Shown: positions 52,529-64,000 of the stretch, piece after piece
Numbering within the stretch: the first letter of the stretch is position 1
How the letters are laid out: every line of letters begins with the position of its first letter
Assembly (NCBI GenBank): GCA_015059045.1
Contig: SVBD01000001.1
Span: 135,876-199,875 of the forward strand
DNA length: 64,000 bases
Direction of reading: 5' to 3'
Origin: Erysipelotrichaceae bacterium
GTDB lineage: Bacteria; Bacillota_I; Bacilli_A; RFN20; CAG-449
Translations under genes and position numbers: made by a program
Notes under the pieces: generated by a model
What the model saw: only the letters and a program-made list of their open reading frames with translations
Databases searched by the model: none
Told to the model about the DNA's origin: nothing

Positions 52529-54820
52529 ATGCAGGATTTTATGGCGGAGCTGAAAGCAATGTCCATATGGTTTCATTGGCATTGGGAACAGGATAAGAAC
52601 GGACGGCAGACCAAAGTGCCTCACGCAGCAAGAGGCGGCGCAACCGGAACTTCCGAGCAGTGGGCGCATACGTGGGTCACATATGAAGATGCACTTGCCC
52701 TGAAAGATGAGCAACACGCCTCGGGGCTTGGCTTCAAGGTACCTGATGGCTACTTCTTTCTTGATGCCGATCATTACGGACTTGAAGATCCCTTTATACA
52801 AGTGCTCCTTGAACGCTTCAATTCATATACGGAACGTTCGGTCAGCGGCGGAGGCATCCACATCTACGGCAGATGCGATGTCGGAAAGCTACCCATTGTT
52901 ACCGATAAAAACGGAAAGCAAAAGCTCGACGGCGCATTCTACGTAAAAAATCCCGGCAACCGCCTTGAACTTTATATCGGTGATCTTACCAACCGCTTTG
53001 CCGTATTCACCGGAGACGTGGTATGGGAGCAACCTCTTAAGGAATGCACCAATGCCGTGCTTACAACCCTCGATAAAAATATGCGCCGATCCGAAAAGAA
53101 GAAGTACAGCGAAAGCCGTGATGGGGACAAGGTTACCTTTGACCTCATATGCAATCTGCGAAAGCAGAAGAACGGAGATAAATTTCGTAAGCTCTTCGAT
53201 GACGGCGATATCAGTGACTACGGTTCTCACTCTGAAGCCGATGCCGCCCTGTGTGCCTTGATAGCCTTTCGCGCCGGGGATGACCCCGAGATGATTGATA
53301 TGCTCTTTCGACAATCAGCTCTCTATCGTGAGAAGTGGGAGCGTGATGACTATCGGAGTGCCACTATCAACATCGGCATTCGTGCCTGCAACGGAGAGTA
53401 TCACCGCTCCAAAATGCCTCATCCGTATTTTATCAAGTTTGACGATGATGGAATTCCTCACATTTGCGTTCCACTCCTTGCCAAATACGTGCGAGAGCAT
53501 CTTTGCTATCTGCTTGTCCGTGATAACGGCAAACAAGGACTCCTTCGGTACGTTTACGATGAGGACGGATGCTACCGCTTATATTCCTCGGATATGTTCC
53601 TCGGGGCAATCAAACGGTTTATTGCCGACTATGATGAGGAGCTTGTAAAAATGAGCAAGGTCAATGAAGTCTTACAGCACATCAGCACCGACCTCAACTA
53701 CATCAGCCAAGAGGAGCTTGACAGTAATGAGAGCATCATCAATTTCAAGAACGGCTTGCTGCAAGTAACAGAGACGGACACAACGCTCCTTATGCATACT
53801 CCCGAGGTCATCTCTACCATACAGATTCCGTGCGAGTGGCGTGGGCATCCGACCCCAACACCGGTATTTGACCGTTATATGCATACCCTCACCAACGGAG
53901 ATAAAGCCACCGAGGAACTTCTCCTGCAGTTCATAGGCGCGTGTATTTCCAATATAAAAGGATGGCGAATGAAAAAATCCCTCTTCCTTGTGGGTGACGG
54001 CAATACGGGTAAATCACAGCTCAAAAGCCTCGTGGAGCGGTTGCTCGGCAAAGGCAACTTTATCGGTATCGACCTCAAAGAGATCGAGGCTCGGTTCGGC
54101 ACGGGTGCTGTATACGGCACTCGTCTCGCAGGTAGTTCAGATATGAGCTTTCTCACCGTGGACGAGCTTAAGACCTTTAAGAAAATGACGGGCGGTGACA
54201 GCCTTTACGCAGAGTTCAAGGGTCAGCAAGCCTTTGAGTATACCTACGGCGGGTTGCTTTGGTTCTGTATGAATCGCTTGCCGAAGTTCGGAGGTGACGA
54301 TGGGCAATGGGTATATGACCGCATTATGGTCGTCAACTGTCCCAACGTGATACCGAAGGACAAGCAAGACAAAAAGCTCCTCGATAAGATGTATGCCGAG
54401 CGTGAGGGCATCGTTTACAAAGCTGTAAAAGCCTTGCAGACCGTTATCGCAAACGGCTATAGGTTCTCCGAGCCTGAATCCGTAAGCCTTGCACGTGAGC
54501 GTTATATGAACGAGAACAGCACGGTGGTCTCCTTCTTTGAGGAGTGTATGTGTCCGCTCCCCGGCGGCAAAATCAATCCCCATTGTACTACCGGGCGCAT
54601 CTTCCGTGTGTACCAGGCTTGGTGCTTTGAGAACAACCACGGCTATGCAAAGTCAGCCAAGGAGTTCCGAGAGGAGCTTGCCGACTACCTCGGTACTACT
54701 CATGCTGATATGACTATGCGCCAAAAAGGAAACACCTACTACCGCGAGTACACGCTTACGCTTGAAACCAAGGAGCAATATTCAAGGGAGTACGGCTTTG
54801 ATACCACGGAGTTCTTATGA
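52529..54820 (+). CDS. Replication primase-polymerase/SF3 helicase (phage/plasmid P4-family primase, D5-like)
   Basis: 763 aa; N-terminal prim-pol motifs (FFLDADH, SGGGIHIY); C-terminal SF3 helicase Walker A GDGNTGKS; AAGGAGG RBS. Confidence 0.8.
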   Translation: MQDFMAELKAMSIWFHWHWEQDKNGRQTKVPHAARGGATGTSEQWAHTWVTYEDALALKDEQHASGLGFKVPDGYFFLDADHYGLEDPFIQVLLERFNSYTERSVSGGGIHIYGRCDVGKLPIVTDKNGKQKLDGAFYVKNPGNRLELYIGDLTNRFAVFTGDVVWEQPLKECTNAVLTTLDKNMRRSEKKKYSESRDGDKVTFDLICNLRKQKNGDKFRKLFDDGDISDYGSHSEADAALCALIAFRAGDDPEMIDMLFRQSALYREKWERDDYRSATINIGIRACNGEYHRSKMPHPYFIKFDDDGIPHICVPLLAKYVREHLCYLLVRDNGKQGLLRYVYDEDGCYRLYSSDMFLGAIKRFIADYDEELVKMSKVNEVLQHISTDLNYISQEELDSNESIINFKNGLLQVTETDTTLLMHTPEVISTIQIPCEWRGHPTPTPVFDRYMHTLTNGDKATEELLLQFIGACISNIKGWRMKKSLFLVGDGNTGKSQLKSLVERLLGKGNFIGIDLKEIEARFGTGAVYGTRLAGSSDMSFLTVDELKTFKKMTGGDSLYAEFKGQQAFEYTYGGLLWFCMNRLPKFGGDDGQWVYDRIMVVNCPNVIPKDKQDKKLLDKMYAEREGIVYKAVKALQTVIANGYRFSEPESVSLARERYMNENSTVVSFFEECMCPLPGGKINPHCTTGRIFRVYQAWCFENNHGYAKSAKEFREELADYLGTTHADMTMRQKGNTYYREYTLTLETKEQYSREYGFDTTEFL

Positions 54821-54828
54821 CCCCTTGG

Positions 54829-54958
54829 GTAGCAGAGGTAGCAGTAGTAGCAGTTTCAAAATCTTCTCAGCAAAATTCAAAAAACTTTATAAGTAGGTGT
54901 GTAGGTAGAAAGAAGATATAAAAATCTGTCAGCAGAATTGAAATTACTGCTACCTCTG
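54829..54958. repeat. 17-bp inverted repeat pair (GGTAGCAGAGGTAGCAG / CTGCTACCTCTGCTACC) separated by about 95 bp, just 3' of the primase gene
   Basis: Seen directly in the sequence; an additional GTGTAGGTAG/CTACCTACAC pairing; a possible 14-codon leader ORF (MIVFTDAEGPVKSL) with a strong RBS follows. Confidence 0.5.
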
Positions 54959-55134
54959 CTACCTACACGAAAGGAGGTGGTGCCTATGATTGTGTTTACC
55001 GATGCCGAGGGCCCGGTCAAATCTCTGTGACTAAAAATACGTACAGCGGGCAAGGGCTTTCACGCGCAAAAATTCGAATTCAAACGGGGTATTAACCCCT
55101 AATTCAAACATTCATCAAGAAAGGAACAATTATT

Positions 55135-55416
55135 ATGAAATTTAAGCCTATTTACAACAAAAAATTCCGTGTTTCCGCATCGGACAGAGATGCATTCTCG
55201 ACCAAGGACTACACCTGTATGTTCATTCTGCAGACGATGAAGGGAAAGCCCGTGGCGGTGTCGAGGGCAAACGACCCGGATTTGCTCATTTGGAGAGTGC
55301 AGTACGGCTTTTCTACCATCTACTTCGCTGACTATGCCGAAGCGATGGATTTCTGCCGTGAGCATTTTTGTGACCTCGACGGCAAGAAGCTGAAGAAGGC
55401 AAAGGAGAAGAAATAA
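55135..55416 (+). CDS. Hypothetical protein (93 aa)
   Basis: ORF in the element's GC-rich codon usage; first of a small operon. Confidence 0.4.
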   Translation: MKFKPIYNKKFRVSASDRDAFSTKDYTCMFILQTMKGKPVAVSRANDPDLLIWRVQYGFSTIYFADYAEAMDFCREHFCDLDGKKLKKAKEKK

Positions 55417-55709
55417 TGTTTCGGCTTTCAAATTATTTTCAGAAGCATTTGAAAGGATATATAGATTTCGATGCCTTCGTTCTTATTGCCGTTATTCCCC
55501 GTAGAAAGAAGTCTGCGGTAGTGCTTCTCGCACCGAAATACGAGCGCGAATATTGCTACTTCGCATTACAATGCGGAAAAGAAAACAGCTATCATTCGTC
55601 TCTCGACAATATGCTGAAAGCCGCCCATAAGAGTTACGGAATCAGCAAATTCAAGCTGTGGCGTTGTCGCAAACGTTATGAACGTTTCAAAAGGAGTGGT
55701 CGCATATGA
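55416..55709 (+). CDS. Hypothetical basic protein (97 aa)
   Basis: ORF; ATGA overlap with the upstream gene. Confidence 0.4.
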   Translation: MFRLSNYFQKHLKGYIDFDAFVLIAVIPRRKKSAVVLLAPKYEREYCYFALQCGKENSYHSSLDNMLKAAHKSYGISKFKLWRCRKRYERFKRSGRI

Positions 55710-55987
55710 AAAGATATTATCCTCTCATTGATATGGATACAACCGGGACGATAAAGGTGCCGATGTTTCCTGCCAATGATTACAAAAAAGCATTACGGAG
55801 GAGTAATTTTGCTCTCGGAGAGGTTACCCGTAACCGCTACCGCTTGATTGCCGTGACTCCTCATGCTATGAGAGATTATCTCTCTTACGACATCCGTTGT
55901 CCCAAGTGCGGTGCGACAATGGATGTAACCGAACCGCACGAAGGTGAGTATGTTCTCGGAGAATATACTTGCGAAAACTGTCAATAA
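55706..55987 (+). CDS. Hypothetical zinc-ribbon protein (93 aa)
   Basis: CPKCG...CENC four-Cys arrangement at the C-terminus. Confidence 0.4.
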   Translation: MKRYYPLIDMDTTGTIKVPMFPANDYKKALRRSNFALGEVTRNRYRLIAVTPHAMRDYLSYDIRCPKCGATMDVTEPHEGEYVLGEYTCENCQ

Positions 55988-56007
55988 AATTTTGGAGGTA
56001 TAAAACT

Positions 56008-56946
56008 ATGACGATTGACGCTATTAAAGAAAGAGACTATGCCTTGGCTATGTCCGAATACGATTATGCGTTTTGGAATGCCGTAAAGCGCAAACCCCAC
56101 AATGCCCAGGAATTAAAAAAAGGTATTTGGGCTGAAAACGCATATCTTCCGCTTGGAGGAAATTTAAAAATGACCGCTGCCCTCAAGAGAGAAAGCGTAT
56201 TCCGTTCACTCGCTACCATTGCATATTTGAGAGATCCCGGCGGTATCGTTCTCGCAAAGCATTGCACCACAGAGAGCTGTTGGGTGCCCGAACACGGAAT
56301 GTATACCTTTACCCAGGGCGAAGGTGAATTTACAAATTACAATATCAAAGCTCATAAGCTCGGAGCTCTTCTCAAGTACGATGAGGTGTTTATGACAGAT
56401 ATCGGTCTTGATATGGAAAATCATCTGATCGACAGCATTGCAAAGAGTTTCGGTGCGATGGAAGATGCCGCTTATGTAAACGGCACGGGAGATATTCAGC
56501 CCACCGGTATTCTCCATAACACACGTGGTGCGCAGATTGGAGCAACTACTGCGGCTCTCACTTATGAGGATGTAGTCAAGCTCTACTTCTCGGTCAAGCC
56601 TGAATATCGCAAGCATGGGACTTGGATGATGAACGATGAGACCGCATACTATCTCCGCACTCTCAAGGATGAAGGCGGCAACTACATTTGGAATCATACC
56701 AACGATACCATTCTCGGCAAGCCTGTACGCATTTGCAATGATATGCCGAGCATCGGTGCCGGAAACAAGCCTATTGCATTCGGAGATTTCTCCTACTATT
56801 GGATTATTCTCCGTGATGACGTAAGTATCAATATCCTCAAGGAGCTTTACTATGATATGGGGCAGGTCGGCTACATCGCCCGTGAATATCTCGATGCAAA
56901 GCTTATCCGTCCCGAGGCAATTAAGGTCATTCGGATGACCGAGTGA
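56008..56946 (+). CDS. Phage major capsid protein, HK97-fold family
   Basis: Start at MTIDAIKERD, which has a GGAGG RBS; C-terminal ILGKPVRICNDMP...IAFGDFSYYWIILRD region is characteristic of HK97-type capsid proteins. Confidence 0.6.
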   Translation: MTIDAIKERDYALAMSEYDYAFWNAVKRKPHNAQELKKGIWAENAYLPLGGNLKMTAALKRESVFRSLATIAYLRDPGGIVLAKHCTTESCWVPEHGMYTFTQGEGEFTNYNIKAHKLGALLKYDEVFMTDIGLDMENHLIDSIAKSFGAMEDAAYVNGTGDIQPTGILHNTRGAQIGATTAALTYEDVVKLYFSVKPEYRKHGTWMMNDETAYYLRTLKDEGGNYIWNHTNDTILGKPVRICNDMPSIGAGNKPIAFGDFSYYWIILRDDVSINILKELYYDMGQVGYIAREYLDAKLIRPEAIKVIRMTE

Positions 56947-56956
56947 GGACGAGCCT

Positions 56957-57124
56957 ATGGAGAAAACCAAGGAATGCTCTCATAAGACCGAAACCGTTAT
57001 TGACGGCACGGTCTATATCGTGGAATCGGTGAGTGCCGAATCCGCCAAGGACGTGGTGTACGGCAAGGTGAAAAAGCTCATCCTTGACCACGCAAAGTTA
57101 TCCGTAAGTTCACAAGCATCATAA
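56957..57124 (+). CDS. Hypothetical small protein (55 aa) upstream of the recombinase
   Basis: Encodes MEKTKECSHKTETVIDGTVYIVESVSAESAKDVVYGKVKKLILDHAKLSVSSQAS; not in the track because it is under 60 aa. Confidence 0.35.
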   Translation: MEKTKECSHKTETVIDGTVYIVESVSAESAKDVVYGKVKKLILDHAKLSVSSQAS

Positions 57125-58876
<1,752 letters not shown>

Positions 58877-58888
58877 CCCAGGGATTAA

Positions 58889-58914
58889 AAATCCCTAATT
58901 TGCACCCACAAAAG
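58889..58914. other. Right attachment junction (attR-like): element terminal IR AAATCCCTAATTTGCACC followed by the AAAG direct repeat
   Basis: Mirror image of the left end; host mraY coding resumes immediately on the minus strand. Confidence 0.7.
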
Positions 58915-59086
58915 TCGGGGTCAATTTTTTATTTTGATGATTTTCAAATAAATAAGTGCTAATCGCTTGTCCTTTTACATGCTTTTTCTGAATTTTAATT
59001 ATTGATTTATTTAAAATTAAACTAACAACAAAAGACATAAAGAAACAACATATAGATGTTAATCCTATATACGTTTGGCTAAACAT
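58892..59086 (-). pseudogene. mraY: mraY 5' fragment (first about 58 codons plus an element-derived FVGAN tail)
   Basis: Encodes MFSQTYIGLTSICCFFMSFVVSLILNKSIIKIQKKHVKGQAISTYLFENHQNKKLTPT, matching the MraY N-terminus up to the conserved TPT(M/L)GG motif, then runs into the element IR and a TAG. Confidence 0.8.
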
Positions 59087-60411
59087 TTTTCTACCTCTAA
59101 ATAATCGTTATGATATAATTTAATACCATTCATTAATATAAAATCTTCATTCCCCTTACCAAGAATAAGAAGCATTTTATTACTATCCAATAAATCGATT
59201 CCTCTTTTTATAGCAAGTTTTCTTGATTCAATAACTTCATTATTTTCCAAATATAAAGTAATATCTTCAATTATCTTATCTGGTTTTTCATTTCTAGGAT
59301 TATCCATAGTTACAATAGAATATGCATGATATTTATTAGCGATTTCAGCATATTCTCTTCGTTTTGAAGTATCTCTATCCCCACCAGAACCAAATACTAA
59401 AATTAATTTTTTATTAAATAATATCTTGCATTCATTAATTATATTTTCAAAACTGGAAGCTGTATGAGCATAATCGATAATAATTAACGGATTATAATTT
59501 ACTATGTCTAATCTACCTTTATAGGGATGTATCTTACTTAATATCTGTTTATAATTTTTTACTTTAATTTCTTTTAAGAAATAATAACAAAAACTTAAAT
59601 TAATTAAATTTGTTTTAAAAATTAAATTATTATTAATAATTTTATTATTAATAAATAAAATGTGCTTACCATTTTTTAAAGTAATATTATAATCTACATT
59701 TATATATTCATCATTTTTAATTAGATTTTTATCAATATTATTATCAATAAATTTAATCGCATTGCTATTTTCAATATATTCAATCTTAGTTTTTACATAC
59801 TCTTTTAAACTTTTGTGATAATCTAAATGATCACTACTAATGTTTGTTAAAAATAAATAATCAAAATTGATATTATTTACTCTACCTTCATTAATACCTA
59901 TCGAACTTATTTCAATAATTAAAAAATCTAATTTTTGCCTGTTAGCTTTTTTAAATATCTCAAATAATTTAAAACTATCTGGGGTAGTATTATTTGCTTT
60001 ATAACTATTATCTTCTTTTACACATACTACATTCTTTACTTTATTATTATTTAATAATAAAGATTGCTTCAAAAAATTACTTAAAGAACTTTTTCCATTA
60101 GTTCCTGTTATTCCAATTAATTTGAATTTTCTTTCAAATTTATAAAAATCGATTAAAAATCGATTCAGATTTTGTTTTAAATTCTTACAATAAATAACAC
60201 CATCTATATCATGAATTGAGATAATTAGATAAGCGGCGTTACGTTTTGCTTCTTCAATATATTCTTTTGCATGTTCCTTACTAGATAAATTAAAGTAAAT
60301 CCAATTTATTTTTTTTGTACTAGAATTATCACTTACTGATAAAATATCCTTTTCATCACTACTATCAATATCAAAATAAGATAATATATCTTTAACCTTC
60401 ATATAATTCAC
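59065..60411 (-). CDS. murE: UDP-N-acetylmuramoyl-L-alanyl-D-glutamate--2,6-diaminopimelate (or L-lysine) ligase MurE
   Basis: 448 aa; Mur ligase P-loop IGITGTNGKSS and DNPRNE motif; located between the PBP gene and mraY. Confidence 0.8.
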   Translation of the reverse strand: MNYMKVKDILSYFDIDSSDEKDILSVSDNSSTKKINWIYFNLSSKEHAKEYIEEAKRNAAYLIISIHDIDGVIYCKNLKQNLNRFLIDFYKFERKFKLIGITGTNGKSSLSNFLKQSLLLNNNKVKNVVCVKEDNSYKANNTTPDSFKLFEIFKKANRQKLDFLIIEISSIGINEGRVNNINFDYLFLTNISSDHLDYHKSLKEYVKTKIEYIENSNAIKFIDNNIDKNLIKNDEYINVDYNITLKNGKHILFINNKIINNNLIFKTNLINLSFCYYFLKEIKVKNYKQILSKIHPYKGRLDIVNYNPLIIIDYAHTASSFENIINECKILFNKKLILVFGSGGDRDTSKRREYAEIANKYHAYSIVTMDNPRNEKPDKIIEDITLYLENNEVIESRKLAIKRGIDLLDSNKMLLILGKGNEDFILMNGIKLYHNDYLEVEKCLAKRI

Positions 60412-62383
60412 CCAATTGAATCATGATATATGATCCTTCCTTAACATACTCTCCAACACGAGGGACTTGATCAATAACATACTCTCCTTCGCCATTAAAT
60501 TTAAAATAGTAATTTCTTGATTTTAGTTCGCTCTTTTTTTTGCCTATATAATTTTCAACCATGTACGTTTTTTCATCCATCCAAGTATATTCTTTACTAG
60601 GGCCATCAAAGTTTTTTTCTATGTTTAAATATGTAAATATATCACTCATAATTCTTCTTATAATTGGACCAACAGTAGTTCCTCCATATTGAATACAATT
60701 AGTTGGCTCTCTAATTGCAAAATACACCACCACTTTGGGATTATTCATTGGAGCACCAGCAATAAAAGAAAGAATGTATCTTCCATCCTTATAAACACCA
60801 TTTTCACTTATCTGAGCAGTACCAGTTTTTCCACCAATCCGAAGACCATCTACATAAGCTTTTCTACCGCTACCGAGACTTACAACACATTCTAGTGCTC
60901 TTCTCATAGTATCACTTGTTTGCTTCGTTATAACTTGTCTTTTTACTGTCGGTTTTACTTCGTAAATAGTTTCATTAAAATTATTGATTAACGCTTTACC
61001 AACATATGGTTTAAATAAATAACCTCCATTAATGCAACTTGAAAAAGCAGTAACTAATTGAATAGGAGTGGTGGAAATCCCCTGACCAAAACTAGTAGTT
61101 GCACATTCCAATTCCTTAAAGTTTTCTTTAGAAAAAAACACTCCTTTATTCTCTCCTTGAATATCAATTTGACTCTTCTCAAGAAAACCAAAATCTTTTA
61201 CATATTGATACATTTTTTCAATTCCTAATTTCCTAGATATTTGAACAAACCCAGGGTTTGATGAATTTTGTAATACTTCCAAATAAGTTTGTAGTCCATG
61301 TCCTCCCTTTTTCCATGATTTTATCGTTCTATTTGAAACAATTTCATAGCCTTTATCGTAATAGTAATCATTGTCTATATCTATTAAATTTTCATTAATC
61401 GCGGCAGCAAAACTGAAACTTTTAAAAGTAGATCCAGGTTCAAATGAGGAATAAATTGGAAGTAACCTATTATATATTTCCTGAGAATAATTTTGGTAAT
61501 AATTATTATTATATGTCGGACGATTTCCTATAGCTAAAATTTCACCATTATTTGGATCCATAACTATCCCCATAACTTCCAAAGCATTATATTCTAAATA
61601 AGCATTACTTAATTCTCTTTCTAAAATAGTTTGAATATTAATATCAATAGTTAATTTTAATGATAGTCCTTTTTGCGGTGATACAATAGTATAAAACTTA
61701 TTTGAAAATAAGCCTCCTTTCGCATCCATGATATATGACAATGTGCCGTCTTTACCTTTAAGATAATTATCATAATATGATTCTAGTCCTGCAAATCCTA
61801 AATTATCTATACCACAAAAACCTAATAAAGATGATAAATATTCATTATACGGATAATTTCTTTTAGTATCTTGCACTAAGAAAACACCTTTCAAATTAAG
61901 TTGAGATATTTTATTTGCAATTTGATAATCCAGTTTTTTTCCTTGTGGATGAAAAGAAACAATACTTGTTTTTTTCGTAATGCGATTTAATATTTCTTTA
62001 TAATCTAAATCGATATATTCACTTAAAACTTTAGCAGTATTTTCTTTATCCTTAACTTGATTAGGAACTACATAAAGCGATAAGGTTGGTTCATTATTAG
62101 CCAAAATTACTCCATTTCTATCATAAATAATTCCTCTTTCGCTTTTTAATGGAAATGATCTATTCCATAAATCCTCTGCAGAAGATTTTAAAGTATTATG
62201 CATAAAAATAGTATTATACGAAAGTTTAAAAACAACCATTGAAAACAAAATTAATACTATGATTGCAATAGTCTTGATACGACTTAAAAATAGTCTAGGA
62301 AGCATATTATCACCTAGATAAATATATGTTTTAATTTTGGTAATATGAAAAAAGTAACCGAATTGGTTACTTTGTAATATCAA
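60392..62383 (-). CDS. Class B penicillin-binding protein (FtsI/PBP2B/SpoVD-type transpeptidase)
   Basis: 663 aa; N-terminal TM; STFK active-site motif, SSN and KTGT motifs. Confidence 0.85.
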   Translation of the reverse strand: MILQSNQFGYFFHITKIKTYIYLGDNMLPRLFLSRIKTIAIIVLILFSMVVFKLSYNTIFMHNTLKSSAEDLWNRSFPLKSERGIIYDRNGVILANNEPTLSLYVVPNQVKDKENTAKVLSEYIDLDYKEILNRITKKTSIVSFHPQGKKLDYQIANKISQLNLKGVFLVQDTKRNYPYNEYLSSLLGFCGIDNLGFAGLESYYDNYLKGKDGTLSYIMDAKGGLFSNKFYTIVSPQKGLSLKLTIDINIQTILERELSNAYLEYNALEVMGIVMDPNNGEILAIGNRPTYNNNYYQNYSQEIYNRLLPIYSSFEPGSTFKSFSFAAAINENLIDIDNDYYYDKGYEIVSNRTIKSWKKGGHGLQTYLEVLQNSSNPGFVQISRKLGIEKMYQYVKDFGFLEKSQIDIQGENKGVFFSKENFKELECATTSFGQGISTTPIQLVTAFSSCINGGYLFKPYVGKALINNFNETIYEVKPTVKRQVITKQTSDTMRRALECVVSLGSGRKAYVDGLRIGGKTGTAQISENGVYKDGRYILSFIAGAPMNNPKVVVYFAIREPTNCIQYGGTTVGPIIRRIMSDIFTYLNIEKNFDGPSKEYTWMDEKTYMVENYIGKKKSELKSRNYYFKFNGEGEYVIDQVPRVGEYVKEGSYIMIQLGELYEG

Positions 62384-63854
62384 TTGTTTCTTTTTTTATT
62401 TGAGCCTTATTATAGAAATAATAACCTATTAATCCAGATATAAATAATAATGAACAAGAACAAGTTAATATAAATGATTTGGTTTGTGATTCAATATAAT
62501 CCTTATAATAAGCATCAATTAATTGTTCATTAACATATTCGACAGAATCAATTTTTAAATAATATGTAATCACATCTTTACTGTCTTTACTAATAGTAGA
62601 TTTAATAACAACGCTAGTTCCTTCTTCTTCTGAAACTAAATTATTTAAATCAATGTAATCATTTAAAGCATTTGGAACGACAAATGTATATTCGCTATAT
62701 TTATTTTCGTTATCAGTAATTGTTAACTTAACAGCGGTATCTATTGTTATAGTTTTTATATTGCCTTCAATAGTAGTCATTCCATCATATGAAATAGGTT
62801 TTGAAGTAAATAACGTCATTCCAGAGAACCCACAAATAATTGCTAAAACAACACCAGCCATGACAATTGTTGACTTTAAAGATTTATTTTTAATTTCATG
62901 ATATCCAATAACTTTATTGTTTAAATGAGCATACTTTAATCCAAGTTTAAAATCATCAATTCCTTCAATTTGATATTTTTTCTTTAAGTTAACAACTTTT
63001 TTATAAGCCAAATAAACATTAATTAATAAGGCAATTAGGAATAAATATTGTTTTGTAATAAGGACAAACGCTAATATGATTCCTAAAAGTAATAGTTGAA
63101 TAATAATTGCTGATATGATGTCAACAATGAGATTTTTCTTTTTTTCTTCTCTAAATTGCTTACCAATTAAAGTAAAAGATTTAATTTGATTTTCTGAATA
63201 TTTTTCATTCGCTTGATTATCTTCTACTACATCTGTATTTTCATTTTCAACTTCTTGAGATACTTCTTCTGAAACGATATCTTCTTTAATTTCATTTTTA
63301 TGTTCAATCTTATAATAGTCTAATAATTCTTTTTTAAATTCTACACCTTTATTATTAAAGAAAATAATAACATCTTTAGTCATTGGGTGATTATATAAAA
63401 GAGGAAGAATTAATCTTTTATTTTCACCAACTAATGCAATATATTGATTAGTCATTATACTTGATTTTACATCATCTAAAGAGTAGTTAGCATCCTTTTT
63501 AAATAATTTATGAACTCTAATGTCTTCATAAATTAATGTAAATGAAAATAAACAATCTAAAATATATTTACATGATAAAATTACAAATAAAACTAATAAT
63601 ATTAGATACAATAAATAAGAATTTTCACCTAATTTCTTTAAAATAGCCAAAATCAAAAATAATAATAATCCAGCATTAGAAACAATATTAATTATTAATG
63701 AAAATCTTAATGTCTTTTTATTACTAGCAATTAAAATTTCTCCTTCTTTTAGAACGATATTGGATACAGTTTTCTTTCTATTAATCAATACATATAAAAT
63801 AGTTGCTAAAGATAATATAAAGCCAATACTACAAAATATAATTTGAATAATCAT
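62367..63854 (-). CDS. Hypothetical polytopic membrane protein
   Basis: Start moved to MIIQIIFCSIGF, which has an AGGAGG RBS; multiple TM helices; no known domain. Confidence 0.4.
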   Translation of the reverse strand: MIIQIIFCSIGFILSLATILYVLINRKKTVSNIVLKEGEILIASNKKTLRFSLIINIVSNAGLLLFLILAILKKLGENSYLLYLILLVLFVILSCKYILDCLFSFTLIYEDIRVHKLFKKDANYSLDDVKSSIMTNQYIALVGENKRLILPLLYNHPMTKDVIIFFNNKGVEFKKELLDYYKIEHKNEIKEDIVSEEVSQEVENENTDVVEDNQANEKYSENQIKSFTLIGKQFREEKKKNLIVDIISAIIIQLLLLGIILAFVLITKQYLFLIALLINVYLAYKKVVNLKKKYQIEGIDDFKLGLKYAHLNNKVIGYHEIKNKSLKSTIVMAGVVLAIICGFSGMTLFTSKPISYDGMTTIEGNIKTITIDTAVKLTITDNENKYSEYTFVVPNALNDYIDLNNLVSEEEGTSVVIKSTISKDSKDVITYYLKIDSVEYVNEQLIDAYYKDYIESQTKSFILTCSCSLLFISGLIGYYFYNKAQIKKETIDITK

Positions 63855-63864
63855 AAATTTCCTC

Positions 63865-64000
63865 CTATTTAATTTCAGTAACATTGAAAGTTACACATTT
63901 ATTTCCTCTATATTGATCGATTTCTAAACGACCAATTAATTTAATATATTCTTTATTTAATAATTCTTTATCTATATTAAAATGGATAAACGAACACTTT
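63865..64000 (-). CDS. Partial CDS (C-terminal 45 codons) of an unidentified protein running off the window end
   Basis: Open minus-strand frame ending ...EIDQYRGNKCVTFNVTEIK followed by TAG. Confidence 0.35.
   Translation of the reverse strand, partial: KCSFIHFNIDKELLNKEYIKLIGRLEIDQYRGNKCVTFNVTEIK

Noticed and set aside
51932-52553. Track ORFs of 187 aa (-), 152 aa (+) and 115 aa (-) between the HTH gene and the primase gene
   Set aside because: Their translations are internally repetitive and they lie entirely within the iteron array. They overlap each other on both strands and lack RBSs, so they were treated as artefacts of the direct repeats and not as genes.

Overview
The window is an AT-rich (roughly 25-30% G+C by eye) chromosome segment from a spore-forming low-GC Firmicute, with almost all host genes on the minus strand. 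From the left it carries: a maltodextrin uptake/degradation locus (MalK/MsmK-like ATPase, two GH13 enzymes, MalFG permeases, MalE-like lipoprotein); tex; leuS; the glycogen genes glgC-glgD-glgA; a three-gene SMC-like module resembling MksFEB/JetABC with no JetD/MksG partner; plsC; a pullulanase; ftsK/spoIIIE; mraZ-rsmH-ftsL; pheST; sigG, sigE, spoIIGA, ftsZ, ftsA, divIB, murB and a MurG C-domain ORF; then mraY, murE and a class B PBP. mraY is cut in two by a 13.7-kb foreign element (45227..58910) that is visibly GC-rich (about half G+C). The element has 18-bp imperfect terminal inverted repeats, a 4-bp flanking direct repeat (AAAG) and a large serine recombinase at its right end. It also carries a primase/SF3-helicase gene preceded by about 600 bp of degenerate ~70-bp iteron-like direct repeats (putative ori), a lone HK97-type major capsid gene, and an 8-gene minus-strand cargo operon. 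That operon comprises an XRE HTH controller, a fused amino-MTase/C5-cytosine MTase, and six uncharacterised ORFs, including a PD-(D/E)xK-like protein, a possible LAGLIDADG-like protein and a 52-aa TM peptide translationally coupled to a 442-aa protein. The cargo operon is the best candidate for an undescribed defence system. The architecture of the whole element resembles a phage satellite/PICI-like integrative island. The insertion is predicted to inactivate an essential gene, which also raises the possibility of a chimeric assembly or engineered insertion.
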